A program made the position numbers and the translations under genes. Of a stretch of 64,000 nt of DNA, positions 1 through 11,356 are shown piece after piece. The notes under the pieces are model-generated. The model ran no database searches. It was not told the origin of the DNA and saw only the letters and a list, made by a program, of their open reading frames with translations. Within the stretch, counting starts at the first letter, position 1. Each line of letters opens with the position of its first letter. The DNA comes from Candidatus Marinacidobacterales bacterium (GTDB taxonomy: Bacteria > Acidobacteriota > Vicinamibacteria > Marinacidobacterales > SMYC01): assembly GCA_965237955.1 (NCBI GenBank), contig OZ250169.1, positions 7,040,001-7,104,000 on the forward strand. Reading direction: 5' to 3'.

Positions 1-944
1 GCTTCAACGGGACGCGGAGTCGCATCGGTGCCGGGATCTTTCTTGGCCGCCTCGTTCAAGAAGAAGAGGTGAACGAGGCTTTTGGAGACGTCCCCGGGAA
101 GAAGCTCCTTCGCGCGCTCGGCTTCGAGCTCGAGCGAGCGCTTGCGCGATCGCCGGCCTTCGCGCAACACGTCGATGATCGCGAGCGGCGCCGGATAGTG
201 TCCTTTTGTTTGAGCCAGAACCCACTTTTTCGCTTGGGAGAACAGGATAGCTCTGCCGATGGGGTTCGCGGTAAGCAGCCACTCCGAGATAGATGCTTTG
301 CGCCGTTTTGGTTTCTTGCCGTTTTGGAGATCTCGAAGGAGCTCGAGTGCGCGCCGCCCAAGCTCAGCGTGGGCCACGGCGCGATCGATGATCCCGAGAC
401 GCTCGGCACGCTCGGCGTCGATCCCTCGGCCGCGCAGGATGAAATCGAGCGCCTTTTTTAGCCCGATGAGCCGCGGCAGCTGCGTGGTACCTCCCCACGC
501 GGGGAGGATCCCGAGGTTGACCTCGGGGAGGCCAATCTGAAAACGCGGATGGTCCGAGCCCACGCGCGCGTCGCACGCGAGCGCTATCTCGGTTCCACCC
601 CCGAGACAAACGCCGCCGATTGCTGCAACCACTGGAAACGGCAGGGCTTCGACACGGTCCATGATCGCCTGCCCCGCGCGAACAGCCTCGGCAGCGATCT
701 CACCATCGGTGATGGTTTGAAACTCGGCCACATCAGCGCCGGCGAGGAACATCCCGTCCTGGTTGGACGTGATGATGGCCCCGCGCACCCCCGGGAGCGC
801 CTCGAGCTCCGAAAGAATCGTCTGCAAGCGCTCCATCACCGCCCGCGACAGCTTGTTCACCTTTTCGCCCGGTGAATCAAAGGTGATCCAGGCGATGTCG
901 TCGTCGAACTCCAGTCGGATCGGCGTCGAATCGGGCCCGCTCAT
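1..944 (-). CDS. fadJ: Fatty acid oxidation complex alpha subunit (enoyl-CoA hydratase/3-hydroxyacyl-CoA dehydrogenase), 5' part; runs off window
   Basis: Manual translation, absent from ORF track: MSGPDSTPIRLEFDDDIAWITFDSPGEKVNKLS...FLAGADV...GGVCLGGGTEIALAC...GLPEVNLGILPAWGGTTQLPRLIG...HYPAP; crotonase motifs of FadJ/FadB. Confidence 0.88.
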   Translation of the reverse strand, partial: MSGPDSTPIRLEFDDDIAWITFDSPGEKVNKLSRAVMERLQTILSELEALPGVRGAIITSNQDGMFLAGADVAEFQTITDGEIAAEAVRAGQAIMDRVEALPFPVVAAIGGVCLGGGTEIALACDARVGSDHPRFQIGLPEVNLGILPAWGGTTQLPRLIGLKKALDFILRGRGIDAERAERLGIIDRAVAHAELGRRALELLRDLQNGKKPKRRKASISEWLLTANPIGRAILFSQAKKWVLAQTKGHYPAPLAIIDVLREGRRSRKRSLELEAERAKELLPGDVSKSLVHLFFLNEAAKKDPGTDATPRPVE

Positions 945-1024
945 AGTCGGAAGCGGAGTCTATCAAACAGAGTGTGAACAAGCTCTCTTGCATCCCCGTC
1001 GCCGACAGAGGACAATTGGGATCG

Positions 1025-1918
1025 ATGAGTTTCTTCGCCTGGCTGAAGGATGTCCTGCGGAACGACGACATCGTCAGCGCGCTGACCGGCACCGAAGTCG
1101 AGCCTCCGTTTCTCGACAGGGAACGCAAGCGCCGAACGCAGATTTGGACGGTCGTCGGCTATTTTGCGTTCGCAATAGGCTTTCTCGTTCTCTCCACGCT
1201 CGTTGGTACGCCGCCTCCAGAGGAAAGCTGGAACCCTCCTGGGCTCATTTTTTTCATCGAGGCAGGTCCTGGGGGGGGGGGTGGCGGCGGTGACGGCTCG
1301 GACGACCCCCTCTCGGAGCAGGAAATCGCGGGTGAAGACGTAGCGACAGTCGCCGTCAACGTCGAGGTCCCTGAGGAAAAACTCGTCTTCGACGACCCTG
1401 ACAAGCCGGACGAGCCCGAGGAGGAAGAGGAGGAGCTGGAAGAGGAAGAAGAAGCACCCGAGATCAAAGCTCCCGTCGTCGCGCAGGCGCCGGATGCGGC
1501 GGACGCGCTCGGTGCCTTGGAAGGTCTCGACAACGTTGCCGCCAATGCCGGCCCCGGCACGGGTGGCGGCATCGGCGAAGGCGACGGCTCCGGCCTAGGT
1601 CATGGTAGGGGTGGCGGCTTCGGCGGCGGCGCCTACCGCTTGGGCTCCGGAATTAGCCCGCCTCAGCCGGTAAAAACGGTGCGACCGACGTACACCAAGG
1701 ATGCGCTCGCGAAGAAGGTCGAAGGCGAGGTCATCCTCGAAGTGATCATTTTGGCGGAAGGCAAGATCGGACGGGTTCACATTCTGCGGGGTCTCAGCGC
1801 GGGTCTGAACCAGAAAGCCATCGAATGCGTCCGCCAGTGGCGATTCGTGCCCGGGAAGTTCAAGGATCAGCCCGTCGACGTGATCGCCGAAATCGTCGTC
1901 GAGTTCTCTATACTGTAA
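1025..1918 (+). CDS. TonB family energy transducer
   Basis: One TM helix, acidic/Gly-rich linker, C-terminal TonB_C (PTYTKDALAKKVEGEVILEVII...GLNQKAIECVRQWRFVPG); start at ATG 1025 inferred. Confidence 0.88.
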   Translation: MSFFAWLKDVLRNDDIVSALTGTEVEPPFLDRERKRRTQIWTVVGYFAFAIGFLVLSTLVGTPPPEESWNPPGLIFFIEAGPGGGGGGGDGSDDPLSEQEIAGEDVATVAVNVEVPEEKLVFDDPDKPDEPEEEEEELEEEEEAPEIKAPVVAQAPDAADALGALEGLDNVAANAGPGTGGGIGEGDGSGLGHGRGGGFGGGAYRLGSGISPPQPVKTVRPTYTKDALAKKVEGEVILEVIILAEGKIGRVHILRGLSAGLNQKAIECVRQWRFVPGKFKDQPVDVIAEIVVEFSIL

Positions 1919-1921
1919 GGC

Positions 1922-3850
1922 TTAACTCAACAGTTCTTCAGCAATCGCTTCGTCCACTTTCTCCGTCGCATCGACTTCGTGTCGGATGTCCTGAAGCCTC
2001 GACGTCAACTCGGGGACACTCGCGCTCGAAGCGTCGGCGCGGGATAAATCCAGGCGCAGTTGCTTGATCTGATGCTTGGCGACGTCCTGGCGCACGGCGA
2101 GACGTTCGATGACGACGAGCGCTTTGCCGATCGCTTGGCCGCGCTGGCGCAGCACATCGAACTGTCGCTGAAAGAGCCTGCGATCCTCGGTGGTGGTGGC
2201 TTCGACGAGCTTGCGCTCGGCCTCCTCCAACGTCTTCGCGAGCCGCGCACGCTCTTCCGTCAACGTCTGCTCGGTGAGATCGCGGTGCTTCGTCGCGAGT
2301 GTGGTTATACGATCGACGATACCGTCGATTTCCTCGATGAGAGAATCCGCGTCGTCGCCGCCGCGCTTTTTCAACAGCGCTTTGACGCGATCAACTTCCT
2401 CGCGAAACGATTGTGAGAGCAACCCCTCGGGCAGTGCGTTTTGGACCTCGGGCATCACTTTCGCTTCCTTGGCGGCGAGCTCTCGATTGCGGCGCCACAG
2501 CGGGAGCGCGGCGGGGACGGTATTGATCGCGTGCACCGCGAGTCCGATACCCCAGAAACCCATCCAGAACGGAACCTCCCCTCGCCATACGAACCAAACG
2601 ATGCCCATTCCGACGAAGCTCGCCGCGTGGCAAAAGAAGTCCTGGAGCTTCCGTTTTCGCGCCCAATCGACCGGATCTCCGCGGTACGGAACTTCCTGAC
2701 GGAAGACGGCGCTCTCGTAGAGCGGAATCCACTCCGCTTCACCGTTTTGCCGGATGAGCTCCGTCCCGGAGTAACGGTTTCTGCGCAGCTTTCTGCGAAG
2801 ACGCTCCTCGGTGACCGACTTGGTTTTCCCGTCACTCGTTTGGATCTGAAACGTCACTTCGTTGAGGGCGCTAGCGATCTCTCGACGAACTCCTCCCAGA
2901 GCGTCGTTTAACTCGTTCCCCACGAGAGCGGCGATGCCTCTGCCAAGGGACGGCACATCGGGCTCGGGACTCTGCGGGACAGGAGGGATCGCCGGGACAG
3001 GCGAGACGGATTTGAGCTCGCGCAGAAGCTCGCTCGTGTCTTGGTAGCGCTCACCCGGTCTTTTCTCGAGACAGCGGCGCACCACCCGAGTCAAAACTTC
3101 GGGGCATTTGGAGTTGAGCTCAAAAATGGCGCGAGGCTCGTTCTCGATGATCGACGCCAGGGTCTGCGCCGCGGTCTCCCGGGAAAACGCCATCGAGCCC
3201 GTCGCCATCTCGTAGAGGATCAACCCGAGCGAGAATTGATCGGAGCGGTGGTCAACGGCCTTTCCCGAGGCTTGCTCGGGCGACATGTACTCCACGGTTC
3301 CAATCAGCATTCCATGCCGAGTGCCGAGTCGAGCCATCGTCGCCATCTCCGAGTGGGTCTCGAAGGGAATTTCCAGAAGCTTCGCGAGGCCGAAGTCGAG
3401 AATCTTCACGAAGCCGTCCGTGGTCACCATGATGTTCTCGGGCTTGATGTCGCGGTGCACGATGCCGGCTTCGTGAGCATTGGCGGGTCCCGCTGCGATT
3501 TGACGACTCAAATCCAAGAGTCGCTCGTTGTCGAACGGCGCATCAACGAGAAGCTGCCGCAGGTTCGACCCCTCGATGAGCTCCATCACAATGTAGTGGG
3601 TGTCGTCTTCCTGACCGATGTCGTAAATGTGGACGATGTTCGGATGGTTGAGCGCCGACGCCGCCCGCGCTTCCTGCTCGAAGCGGCGAAGCCTGTCCGG
3701 GTCCGAAGCAAACTCTTTGAGCAGAACCTTGAGCGCTACCTGACGCCCAAGCTTCAGATCCTTGGCGCGATAAACTTCCCCCATCGCGCCCGCACCAATA
3801 GGCCCTACAATCTCGTAAGAACCTAGACGAGTACCTGCCTCGAGGGACAC
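1922..3850 (-). CDS. Hanks-type Ser/Thr protein kinase with GYF-like, 2TM and coiled-coil regions
   Basis: GAGAMGEVY, VALK, HRDIKPEN, DFG, YMSPE motifs; 2TM-like hairpin (HAASFVG...FWGIGLAVH). Confidence 0.9.
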   Translation of the reverse strand: MSLEAGTRLGSYEIVGPIGAGAMGEVYRAKDLKLGRQVALKVLLKEFASDPDRLRRFEQEARAASALNHPNIVHIYDIGQEDDTHYIVMELIEGSNLRQLLVDAPFDNERLLDLSRQIAAGPANAHEAGIVHRDIKPENIMVTTDGFVKILDFGLAKLLEIPFETHSEMATMARLGTRHGMLIGTVEYMSPEQASGKAVDHRSDQFSLGLILYEMATGSMAFSRETAAQTLASIIENEPRAIFELNSKCPEVLTRVVRRCLEKRPGERYQDTSELLRELKSVSPVPAIPPVPQSPEPDVPSLGRGIAALVGNELNDALGGVRREIASALNEVTFQIQTSDGKTKSVTEERLRRKLRRNRYSGTELIRQNGEAEWIPLYESAVFRQEVPYRGDPVDWARKRKLQDFFCHAASFVGMGIVWFVWRGEVPFWMGFWGIGLAVHAINTVPAALPLWRRNRELAAKEAKVMPEVQNALPEGLLSQSFREEVDRVKALLKKRGGDDADSLIEEIDGIVDRITTLATKHRDLTEQTLTEERARLAKTLEEAERKLVEATTTEDRRLFQRQFDVLRQRGQAIGKALVVIERLAVRQDVAKHQIKQLRLDLSRADASSASVPELTSRLQDIRHEVDATEKVDEAIAEELLS

Positions 3851-3951
3851 TCCACACCCCGCGAGAGTGTAGCACTAACCTCTCCCCCGTGAGCGGGTGA
3901 GGGGGCTACTCATGCTTCCTGGCAGCTGGTGACTGGCGACTGGAAGCTGAC

Positions 3952-4467
3952 CTACTTGTTCTCATTCTGATACTGACCCGCATACGTCTTCGCCGCCGGC
4001 GCATCGAGCCCATAGAAAACGAGCTGCAGAACGCGCGCATCACGCTTCAGACGTAACCCAGCTGGGTTGTGCACCACAAGAACCGAGCCGCTCCGACCCG
4101 AGTATCCGGAATCCCACAAAGCCGTACCGATGTGGGCGCCGCTTCTGAGCAAGCTCGAGCGCGTGCGAGCCATTCCGAACATGTCGGGCGGGATGTTCAC
4201 CACTTCGTTGTACACGATCCAATACGGGCCCGGAGCCAGCGTCCACCAGCCCTCGCCGTCCGGCTCGATCGGAATCGTCTCCGGTGTCTTCCGCTCAGAG
4301 TTGTCGAAGTCGATGGTACCGGGCTCGTCTCCGAAGCGCGCGACCTCACGCAACGTGAAGTCCACACCGTTCATTTGAATCTGCGTTTCCGTATCGACCA
4401 GGTCTTCTACGAGCGGCGGATCCGCGGCGAGTCGTGTTCGAAGCGATTCGCCTTCGACGAGTTTCAT
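3952..4467 (-). CDS. dut: dUTP diphosphatase, archaeal-type (dCTP deaminase/dUTPase superfamily)
   Basis: [32 protein letters not shown] motifs; overlaps dcd stop. Confidence 0.8.
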   Translation of the reverse strand: MKLVEGESLRTRLAADPPLVEDLVDTETQIQMNGVDFTLREVARFGDEPGTIDFDNSERKTPETIPIEPDGEGWWTLAPGPYWIVYNEVVNIPPDMFGMARTRSSLLRSGAHIGTALWDSGYSGRSGSVLVVHNPAGLRLKRDARVLQLVFYGLDAPAAKTYAGQYQNENK

Positions 4468-5036
4468 GCGTCTTCCCCTTCGAGTTTCGGCAATGTGATG
4501 TGCTGTTGCCCCTGGTACTTGCCCTTCTTGTCTTTATAGGAAAGTTCGCACTCTTCGTCACTCTCGAAAAACAGAACTTGCGCGATTCCCTCGTTCGCGT
4601 AGATGCGGCATGGAAGCGGCGTCGTGTTCGAAATCTCGAGGGTCGCGTTCCCCTCCCACTCCGCGTCGAAACCAGTGACGTTGATGATGATGCCGCACCG
4701 CGCATACGTCGACTTGCCGATACACACCGCATAAACATTTCTCGGAATGCGGAAGTTCTCGACAGTATTCGAGAGCGCGAACGAGTTCGGCGGGATGGTG
4801 CACACCTCGCCTTTGTAATCGACGAAGCTTTTCGGGTCGAAGTTCTTGGGGTCGACGACGGCCGTGTTCACGTTCGTGAAGATCTTGAACTCGTCCGAGA
4901 CCCGGATGTCATAGCCGTACGAGGACAAGCCATAGGAGATGACGTTGTCGCGAACTTGATTTTCCACGAACGGGTCGATCATCCTGTGCTCGTGCGCCAT
5001 CCGTCGGATCCACTTGTCGGATTTGATGGATGGCAT
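4464..5036 (-). CDS. dcd: dCTP deaminase
   Basis: [38 protein letters not shown]. Confidence 0.95.
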   Translation of the reverse strand: MPSIKSDKWIRRMAHEHRMIDPFVENQVRDNVISYGLSSYGYDIRVSDEFKIFTNVNTAVVDPKNFDPKSFVDYKGEVCTIPPNSFALSNTVENFRIPRNVYAVCIGKSTYARCGIIINVTGFDAEWEGNATLEISNTTPLPCRIYANEGIAQVLFFESDEECELSYKDKKGKYQGQQHITLPKLEGEDA

Positions 5037-5046
5037 GGACCCGCCT

Positions 5047-5466
5047 CTAGCCTTGAATCTGGAGCGAGGTAAAGAAGTACGGAATCTCGGTAGCCGCTGA
5101 CTCGGGCGAGTCCGAGCCATGGATCACGTTGGCCTCTACCGAGGTCCCAAACAACTTCCGAATCGTTCCCTCGTCGGCATCTTCAGGATCAGTGGCACCC
5201 ATGAGCGTGCGCAGATCGTCGATGGCGTTGTCTTTCTCCAGCACCAACACGATGCACGGCCCGGAGGACATAAACTGAGTCAAGCTCCCGAAAAAATGGA
5301 TCTTTTTGTGCACAGCGTAAAAGCCTTCCGCGTGGCGCTTCGTCATCTGGATCATGCGTAGCCCAAGAATCCTGAACCCGGCTTCCTCGATCATGGCGAG
5401 GATGTTCCCCGCATTCCCTTGGCGAACGCCATCCGGCTTGATGATGGAAAGTGTTTTTTGACTCAC
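5047..5466 (-). CDS. ndk: Nucleoside diphosphate kinase
   Basis: [10 protein letters not shown]...NVIHGSDS; GTG start. Confidence 0.96.
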   Translation of the reverse strand: MSQKTLSIIKPDGVRQGNAGNILAMIEEAGFRILGLRMIQMTKRHAEGFYAVHKKIHFFGSLTQFMSSGPCIVLVLEKDNAIDDLRTLMGATDPEDADEGTIRKLFGTSVEANVIHGSDSPESAATEIPYFFTSLQIQG

Positions 5467-5476
5467 GTCAACCTCT

Positions 5477-6346
5477 TTAGCTGATAATTCCCGCCATTGT
5501 CTCGCCCATTTCGGCGGGACTTTCGACAACGGTAACGCCAACGCTCTGGAGCGTGGCCATCTTGTCGGCGGCGGTGCCCTTGCCGCCCATGACGATGGCT
5601 CCGGCATGGCCCATGCGACGGCCCGGAGGCGCGGTCTGGCCGGCGATGAACGAGACGACGGGTTTGGTCACTTTTCTCTTGATGTAGTCGGCGGCAGCCT
5701 CCTCGGCACTTCCGCCAATCTCACCGATCATGATGATGGCATCGGTGTCGTCGTCTTCTTGGAAGAGCTCGAGCGCATCGACGAACGTCGTACCGATGAC
5801 GGGATCGCCGCCGATACCGATACAAGTCGACTGCCCGATGCCGCGCGTCGAAAGCTGATAGACGGCTTCGTACGTCAGTGTGCCGCTTCTCGACACGACG
5901 CCGACCCGACCTTCCTTGTGGATGTGACCGGGCATGATGCCGATTTTCGCCTTCCCGGGCGAGATGAGGCCAGGGCAATTTGGACCGAGGATACGGCTCT
6001 TGCCGTCGGGCGCAACGCGCATGACCTCGACCATATCGAACGCGGGAATACCTTCGGTAATGCACACCACGAGGGGAATCTCCGAAGCGACCGCCTCGAG
6101 AATGGCGTCGGCGGCGAACGACGGTGGAACGAAGATGACGGTCGCGTTCGCCCCCGTCTCTTGCACCGCGTCGGCGACGGTATTGAAGACCGGCACCCCT
6201 TCCACCGTCTGCCCCGCCTTGCCCGGGGTGACGCCGGCGACGACGTTCGTGCCATAGTCGATAGCGCCTTTGGTGTGGAACTGACCTTCCCGGCCGGTAA
6301 TGCCTTGAACGAGGAGGCGCGTGTCCTTGTCGATGAGAACACTCAT
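5477..6346 (-). CDS. sucD: Succinyl-CoA synthetase alpha subunit
   Basis: [21 protein letters not shown]. Confidence 0.97.
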   Translation of the reverse strand: MSVLIDKDTRLLVQGITGREGQFHTKGAIDYGTNVVAGVTPGKAGQTVEGVPVFNTVADAVQETGANATVIFVPPSFAADAILEAVASEIPLVVCITEGIPAFDMVEVMRVAPDGKSRILGPNCPGLISPGKAKIGIMPGHIHKEGRVGVVSRSGTLTYEAVYQLSTRGIGQSTCIGIGGDPVIGTTFVDALELFQEDDDTDAIIMIGEIGGSAEEAAADYIKRKVTKPVVSFIAGQTAPPGRRMGHAGAIVMGGKGTAADKMATLQSVGVTVVESPAEMGETMAGIIS

Positions 6347-7512
6347 GTGGCGCCTCCAGCCACCGCGGCGACGACTTTCTCCGCGGCCTCCTTCATGCTA
6401 TCGGCGGTGATGAAGTTCAGCCCCGATTCGGCGAGCATCTTCTTGCCGATCTCGACGTTCGTCCCCTCCGCGCGGATCACGATGGGAACATCGACGTCGA
6501 GCTCTTTCACCGCGGCAATCAAACCCTCGGCCAGTCGATCGACACGAAGAATCCCCCCGAAGATATTGATCAAAACGGCTTTGACTTGCTCGTCGGCCAT
6601 GAGGATGCGGAACCCGGCTTTGATTTGCTCCGGACTCGCGCCGCCACCCACGTCGAGGAAATTCGCGGCGGCGCCGCCGGAATGCTTGATGATGTCCATG
6701 GTCGCCATCGCCAGACCCGCGCCGTTGACCATGCAGCCGACGCTTCCGTCGAGCTTGATGTAGTTGAGAGAATGCTCCGAAGCTTCGACCTCGAGCGGCA
6801 ATTCTTCGTGGATGTCACGAAGCTCAGAGATATCGGGATGCCGGAACAGAGCGCTGTCGTCCACGGTGAGCTTGGCGTCGAGGGCGAGGACTTCGCCTTC
6901 CTTGGTGATGAGGCAGGGATTGATCTCGAGCATGGAGGCGTCAAGTTTTTTGAACGCGTCGTAGAGGCTCATCAAAAAGCGCACCTCTTTTTTGTGGACG
7001 TCTCCCGACAGGCCGAGATCGAACGCGAGGTCGCGAGCCTGGTAGCCCATCATCCCGACCGCAGGATCGATCTCGGCGCGGAAGATCTTCTCCGGAGTCT
7101 CCGCAGCGACCTTTTCGATCTCGACGCCGCCCGACGCGCTCGCGATGGCGATCGGCCACCCGATGACGCGGTCGATGAGGAAGCTGACGTAGAGCTCGCG
7201 ATCGATGTTCAGGCCTTCTTCGATGAGGAGCTTTCGTACTTCTTTACCTTCCGGACCGGTCTGAGCGGTCACCAGCGTTCTTCCAAGAATCTCGCCGGCA
7301 AACGTTTCCACCTCTCCTTGGGAGTGCACGAGCTTGACGCCTCCCGCTTTCCCGCGCCCGCCGGCGTGGATCTGAGCCTTGACGACAACAGGATAACCGA
7401 GCCCTTCGGCCGCGTTGACGGCGTCGGCCACCGATTCGACCATCTCGCCCCGTGGCACTTTGACGCCGCATTGCGAAAGGAGCGCTTTCGATTGGTATTC
7501 GTGTAGGTTCAT
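6343..7512 (-). CDS. sucC: Succinyl-CoA synthetase beta subunit
   Basis: [38 protein letters not shown]. Confidence 0.97.
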   Translation of the reverse strand: MNLHEYQSKALLSQCGVKVPRGEMVESVADAVNAAEGLGYPVVVKAQIHAGGRGKAGGVKLVHSQGEVETFAGEILGRTLVTAQTGPEGKEVRKLLIEEGLNIDRELYVSFLIDRVIGWPIAIASASGGVEIEKVAAETPEKIFRAEIDPAVGMMGYQARDLAFDLGLSGDVHKKEVRFLMSLYDAFKKLDASMLEINPCLITKEGEVLALDAKLTVDDSALFRHPDISELRDIHEELPLEVEASEHSLNYIKLDGSVGCMVNGAGLAMATMDIIKHSGGAAANFLDVGGGASPEQIKAGFRILMADEQVKAVLINIFGGILRVDRLAEGLIAAVKELDVDVPIVIRAEGTNVEIGKKMLAESGLNFITADSMKEAAEKVVAAVAGGAT

Positions 7513-7518
7513 ACCGTG

Positions 7519-8457
7519 TTATCCCACACCAATGACGTCGACCAGCTCCTGGACCGAGGCCGCCGACTTCTGAAGCGCCGCGCGCTCGTCGCTCGTCAAA
7601 TGAATCTCGATGATCTCCTCGACGCCCTTCGAGCCGAGCTTACAGGGAACGCCCATGTAGAGGCCGTTGATGCCGTACTCATTTTCCAGATACGCAGCCG
7701 TCGGCAGGATCTTCTTCTTGTCCTTCAAAATCGCATCGACCATCTCCAAGATGGAGGCCGAAGGCGCGTAGTACGCCGAGCCCGTCTTCAAGTAGCTGAC
7801 GATCTCGCCGCCGCCTTTGCGGGTTCTGTCGACGATGGTTTCGATCCTCTCCTCCGAAAGAAGATCCGGGAGCGGGATGCCCGCAACGGTGGAGTAGCGC
7901 GGGAGCGGCACCATGTCGTCACCGTGGCCGCCGAGGACGAACGCGTGGATGTTATCGACGGAGACGTTGAGCTCCATGGCGATGAACGTGCGCATCCGCG
8001 ACGAATCCAAAACGCCCGCCATGCCCATGACCCGCTCTTTCGGAAAGCCGCTCACTTTGTAGGCCGTCTGCACCATCGCATCGAGAGGATTCGAGACCAC
8101 GATCAGGATCGAATCGGGTGAGTTCTTGACCGCCTGCTCGGTCACGGCCTTCACGATCTCGTAGTTCTTCTTCAGGAGCTCGTCACGGCTCATCCCGGCC
8201 TTCCGGGGAAGCCCTGCGGTGATCACGACGATGTCGGAGCCCGCGGTGTCTTTGTAGTCGTTCGTCCCGATGACGTTCACGTCGGAGCCGCTCACCGGGC
8301 ACGCTTCCATCATGTCGAGGCCCTTGCCCTGCGGGATGCCCTCGAGGATGTCGATCATCACGACGTCGGCGATCTCCGCATCGGCGAGGCGCTGGGCGGT
8401 GGTGGCGCCCACGTTGCCGGCGCCGACGACGGTAACTTTGTTTCGTCCAATACCCAT
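7519..8457 (-). CDS. mdh: Malate dehydrogenase (LDH-like)
   Basis: [32 protein letters not shown]. Confidence 0.96.
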   Translation of the reverse strand: MGIGRNKVTVVGAGNVGATTAQRLADAEIADVVMIDILEGIPQGKGLDMMEACPVSGSDVNVIGTNDYKDTAGSDIVVITAGLPRKAGMSRDELLKKNYEIVKAVTEQAVKNSPDSILIVVSNPLDAMVQTAYKVSGFPKERVMGMAGVLDSSRMRTFIAMELNVSVDNIHAFVLGGHGDDMVPLPRYSTVAGIPLPDLLSEERIETIVDRTRKGGGEIVSYLKTGSAYYAPSASILEMVDAILKDKKKILPTAAYLENEYGINGLYMGVPCKLGSKGVEEIIEIHLTSDERAALQKSAASVQELVDVIGVG

Positions 8458-8471
8458 TGGTTTTCTTTCTC

Positions 8472-9866
8472 CTACATGTTCTCGATCATCGCCGACGCGA
8501 ACTCCGACGTCTTGAGCTTGGTGGCGCCCTCCATCAGCCGTTCGAAGTCATAGGTGACGCGTTTTTGCGAGATCGTCTTCTCCAAGCTCGATTCGATGAG
8601 ATCGGCAACCTCGTTCCACTTCATGTACTGGAACATGAGGACGCCGGAAAGGATCACCGAGCCCGGATTCACTTTGTCCTGATCGGCATACTTGGGCGCG
8701 GTTCCGTGCGTCGCCTCGAAGATCGCGTGCCCGGTGACATAATTAATGTTGCCGCCGGGCGCAATGCCGATGCCGCCGATCTGAGCGGCGAGCGCGTCGG
8801 AGAGGTAGTCGCCGTTCAAGTTCATCGTGGCAATCACGTCGAAGGATTTGGCACGGGTGAGCATCTGTTGGAGGGTGATGTCGGCGATCGCATCCTTGAT
8901 GAGAAGCTTCTCTTTCCACTTGCCGTCACCGTGGCTGCCCCAGAGCGCCTTTATCGTCTGCTCGACCTCGTCGGTCACTTCCTTCTGACGATCTTCGGTC
9001 ATCAGATCGAAACCAGGCTCGACTTCGCGGGCATTGTCGACGATAGAGATATCGGGATTCGCCTCGCGGTTTCCGAGAATCCAGCTCTCGCGCTCGCTGA
9101 TGGTCTCGCCCCTAAACTCGCGGGCGGCGAGCGCATAGCCCCAGTCCCGGAAGGCTCCCTCGGTGAACTTCATGATGTTGCCTTTGTGCACCAGGGCGAG
9201 GCTCTTGCGCTTGTTCTCGAGCGCGTAGTTGATGGCGGCGCGCACGAGCCGCTCGGTCCCTTCGCGGCTGACAGGCTTGATGCCGATGCCGCTCGTGTCG
9301 GGAAACCGAATGTTTTTGACGTTCATCTCGTTCTGGAGAAACGCGATCAGTTTCTTCGCGTCGTCGGACTCGGCGAGGTACTCGATGCCGGCGTAGATGT
9401 CTTCCGTGTTCTCGCGGAAGATGACCATATTCACATCGCCCGGCTTTTTCACCGGAGACGGGACTCCCTCGTACCACTTGACCGGGCGAAGGCACACATA
9501 AAGGTCGAGCTTCTGACGAAGCGCCACGTTCAAAGAGCGGATGCCGCCGCCTATTGGAGTCGTGAGCGGGCCTTTGATGCCCACGAGATAGTCACGAAAC
9601 GCGGCCAGGGTTTCTTCGGGGAGCCAGCTATTCGTTGCGTTGAACGCTTTTTCGCCGGCAAGCACCTCGAACCACGAGATTTTCCGCTTGCCGCCGTGGG
9701 CTTTCTCGACCGCCGCGTCGAACACACGCTGGCTCGCGGGCCAGATGTCGCGGCCGGTGCCGTCGCCTTCGATGAAGGGGATGACGGGGTTGTCGGGAAC
9801 GTTCAAATGACCGGCTTGGATCGTGATGCGACCGCCTTCCGGCGGCGTGGTAGGGCTCGTACTCAT
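8472..9866 (-). CDS. icd: Isocitrate dehydrogenase (NADP)
   Basis: [41 protein letters not shown]. Confidence 0.97.
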   Translation of the reverse strand: MSTSPTTPPEGGRITIQAGHLNVPDNPVIPFIEGDGTGRDIWPASQRVFDAAVEKAHGGKRKISWFEVLAGEKAFNATNSWLPEETLAAFRDYLVGIKGPLTTPIGGGIRSLNVALRQKLDLYVCLRPVKWYEGVPSPVKKPGDVNMVIFRENTEDIYAGIEYLAESDDAKKLIAFLQNEMNVKNIRFPDTSGIGIKPVSREGTERLVRAAINYALENKRKSLALVHKGNIMKFTEGAFRDWGYALAAREFRGETISERESWILGNREANPDISIVDNAREVEPGFDLMTEDRQKEVTDEVEQTIKALWGSHGDGKWKEKLLIKDAIADITLQQMLTRAKSFDVIATMNLNGDYLSDALAAQIGGIGIAPGGNINYVTGHAIFEATHGTAPKYADQDKVNPGSVILSGVLMFQYMKWNEVADLIESSLEKTISQKRVTYDFERLMEGATKLKTSEFASAMIENM

Positions 9867-9904
9867 GGATCTCCTGTTTTAATCCGCGTTCGGACGAAGC
9901 GCCG

Positions 9905-11271
9905 GGATGTGTCCCGAGGTCCGTGGAAAAAGAACGGCGCCCTCCACTCCGTCATCAGAGTATCATATCAGGCGGCAACCTCCGTGTGTTCGAGAACCTC
10001 GCTCAGACGTTGGTAGCCGTCGATGCGTCGTAGTTGAATCTGGCCAGAGGCGATAAGCCCAAACAGCAAAGCGACCGCGGACTCCTCGCTGGAGAACGAC
10101 GCTTGGGTTTTCGTCCGGCGTCGAAACTCGCGGTTGAGATTCTCCAGAGCATTGGTCGTTCGAATCGATTTCCACATGGCACGAGGGAATTCGTAGAAGG
10201 TCAGCAGCTGATTACCGGCCTCCTCTAGGCTTCGGACGACGGCTGGTGCGAGAGGCGTCCACTTGGCGACGAGCTCGTCATAGGCTTTGCGAGCATCGAT
10301 CCCGTTCTTGGCGTAGACGATCCGGTTGTAGTCACGCCGGAGCTCACGGCGTGCGTGCGCCGGGCAATGTTCGAGCAAGTTGGCGCGCTTGTGCTCGGTA
10401 CATCGCTGCAACCGGCACCCCGGCCACTTCTCGAGCGCCTTCGTCAGCCCCTTGTGGCCGTCGCTGATCACTAGCTTGGGAGCCCGGAGTCCTCGAGCCT
10501 GGAGTCCCTCCAGCACGGAGCCCCAATGCGTCGAGGCTTCGCTCACCGCCAGACGCAATGACAACAGACGTTTCTGCCCGTCTGGCGCGACCCCGAGCGC
10601 GACCAGTACGGGTACGCTGATCACACGTTTCGCCATCCGCACTTTCAGGTGGAAGCCGTCCAGGTAAACGATCGCGTAGACCTCCTCGCTGAGAGCACGG
10701 TTCTGCCATTCCTCGAAGCGCTCCTTCAGCCGGCTAACCACGCGAGACACCGCGCTCTTCGATAGGTGCTCCTCACCGAGCAGTGGTTTCAGCGCTTTGC
10801 GGATCCGGCGGCTATTCGCGCCCGAGAAGTACGTCCCCAAGATCGCCTCGTCGACCTCACGAGTCCGGCGCGCATACCGGGGCAACAGCTCGCTCCTGAA
10901 CTCTGTCGTTTCTCCCGTTTCCTCGTCTCGCACGCGGGCTCGTGGCACCCGGAGCTCGCGAGTTCCCACCGACGTCGTCACGCGACGGGTTTCGGCTCCG
11001 TTGCGATATCCACGGCGGTCTTCCGCACGCTCGTAGCTACCACACCCCAGCGCTTGGTTGACTTCTTCCTCGAGCACGACCTCGATTGCCTCCAGTACCC
11101 GCTTACGCAGCCGAAGTTGGACGAACTCCCGGTACTCGCTTACAGACTCCTTCGATATGGTGGTAGGCTTCTTCATGGCGTAATCCTCCTCCTCGCCTTT
11201 CCAGGCGCGGTTTCGTTTTGTTTAACCGGAGGTTACGCCATTCTTATTTCCACGGGAAGCGGGACGGATCC
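9905..11271 (-). mobile_element. IS256-family insertion sequence
   Basis: Imperfect terminal IRs (GGATGTGTCCCGAGGTCCGTGGAAAAAGAACGGCG vs revcomp GGATCCGTCCCGCTTCCCGTGGAAATAAGAATGGCG); 8-bp target duplication AAGCGCCG at 9897-9904 and 11272-11279. Confidence 0.93.
9968..11176 (-). CDS. IS256 (Mutator-family) transposase
   Basis: YRNG, YLDG, ISDGHKG, QRCTEHK, IRTTNALENLNREFRRR. Confidence 0.95.
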   Translation of the reverse strand: MKKPTTISKESVSEYREFVQLRLRKRVLEAIEVVLEEEVNQALGCGSYERAEDRRGYRNGAETRRVTTSVGTRELRVPRARVRDEETGETTEFRSELLPRYARRTREVDEAILGTYFSGANSRRIRKALKPLLGEEHLSKSAVSRVVSRLKERFEEWQNRALSEEVYAIVYLDGFHLKVRMAKRVISVPVLVALGVAPDGQKRLLSLRLAVSEASTHWGSVLEGLQARGLRAPKLVISDGHKGLTKALEKWPGCRLQRCTEHKRANLLEHCPAHARRELRRDYNRIVYAKNGIDARKAYDELVAKWTPLAPAVVRSLEEAGNQLLTFYEFPRAMWKSIRTTNALENLNREFRRRTKTQASFSSEESAVALLFGLIASGQIQLRRIDGYQRLSEVLEHTEVAA

Positions 11272-11326
11272 AAGCGCCGGCGCGGTGGGATGTGTGTTCG
11301 TGGGCGAGGCGCCTACAAAACGGTCT

Positions 11327-11356
11327 AGTTTACCATTCGAGCTGACGCTTCACCAA
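11327..11356 (-). promoter_or_regulatory. Putative extended -10 promoter of the icd operon
   Basis: TGgTAAACT on the minus strand with weak -35 TTGGTG, upstream of the IS insertion point. Confidence 0.45.

Noticed and set aside
5606-10016. Long plus-strand ORFs opposite sucD, sucC, mdh and icd, and similar ones elsewhere
   Set aside because: Antisense shadows of GC-rich genes with no recognisable motifs
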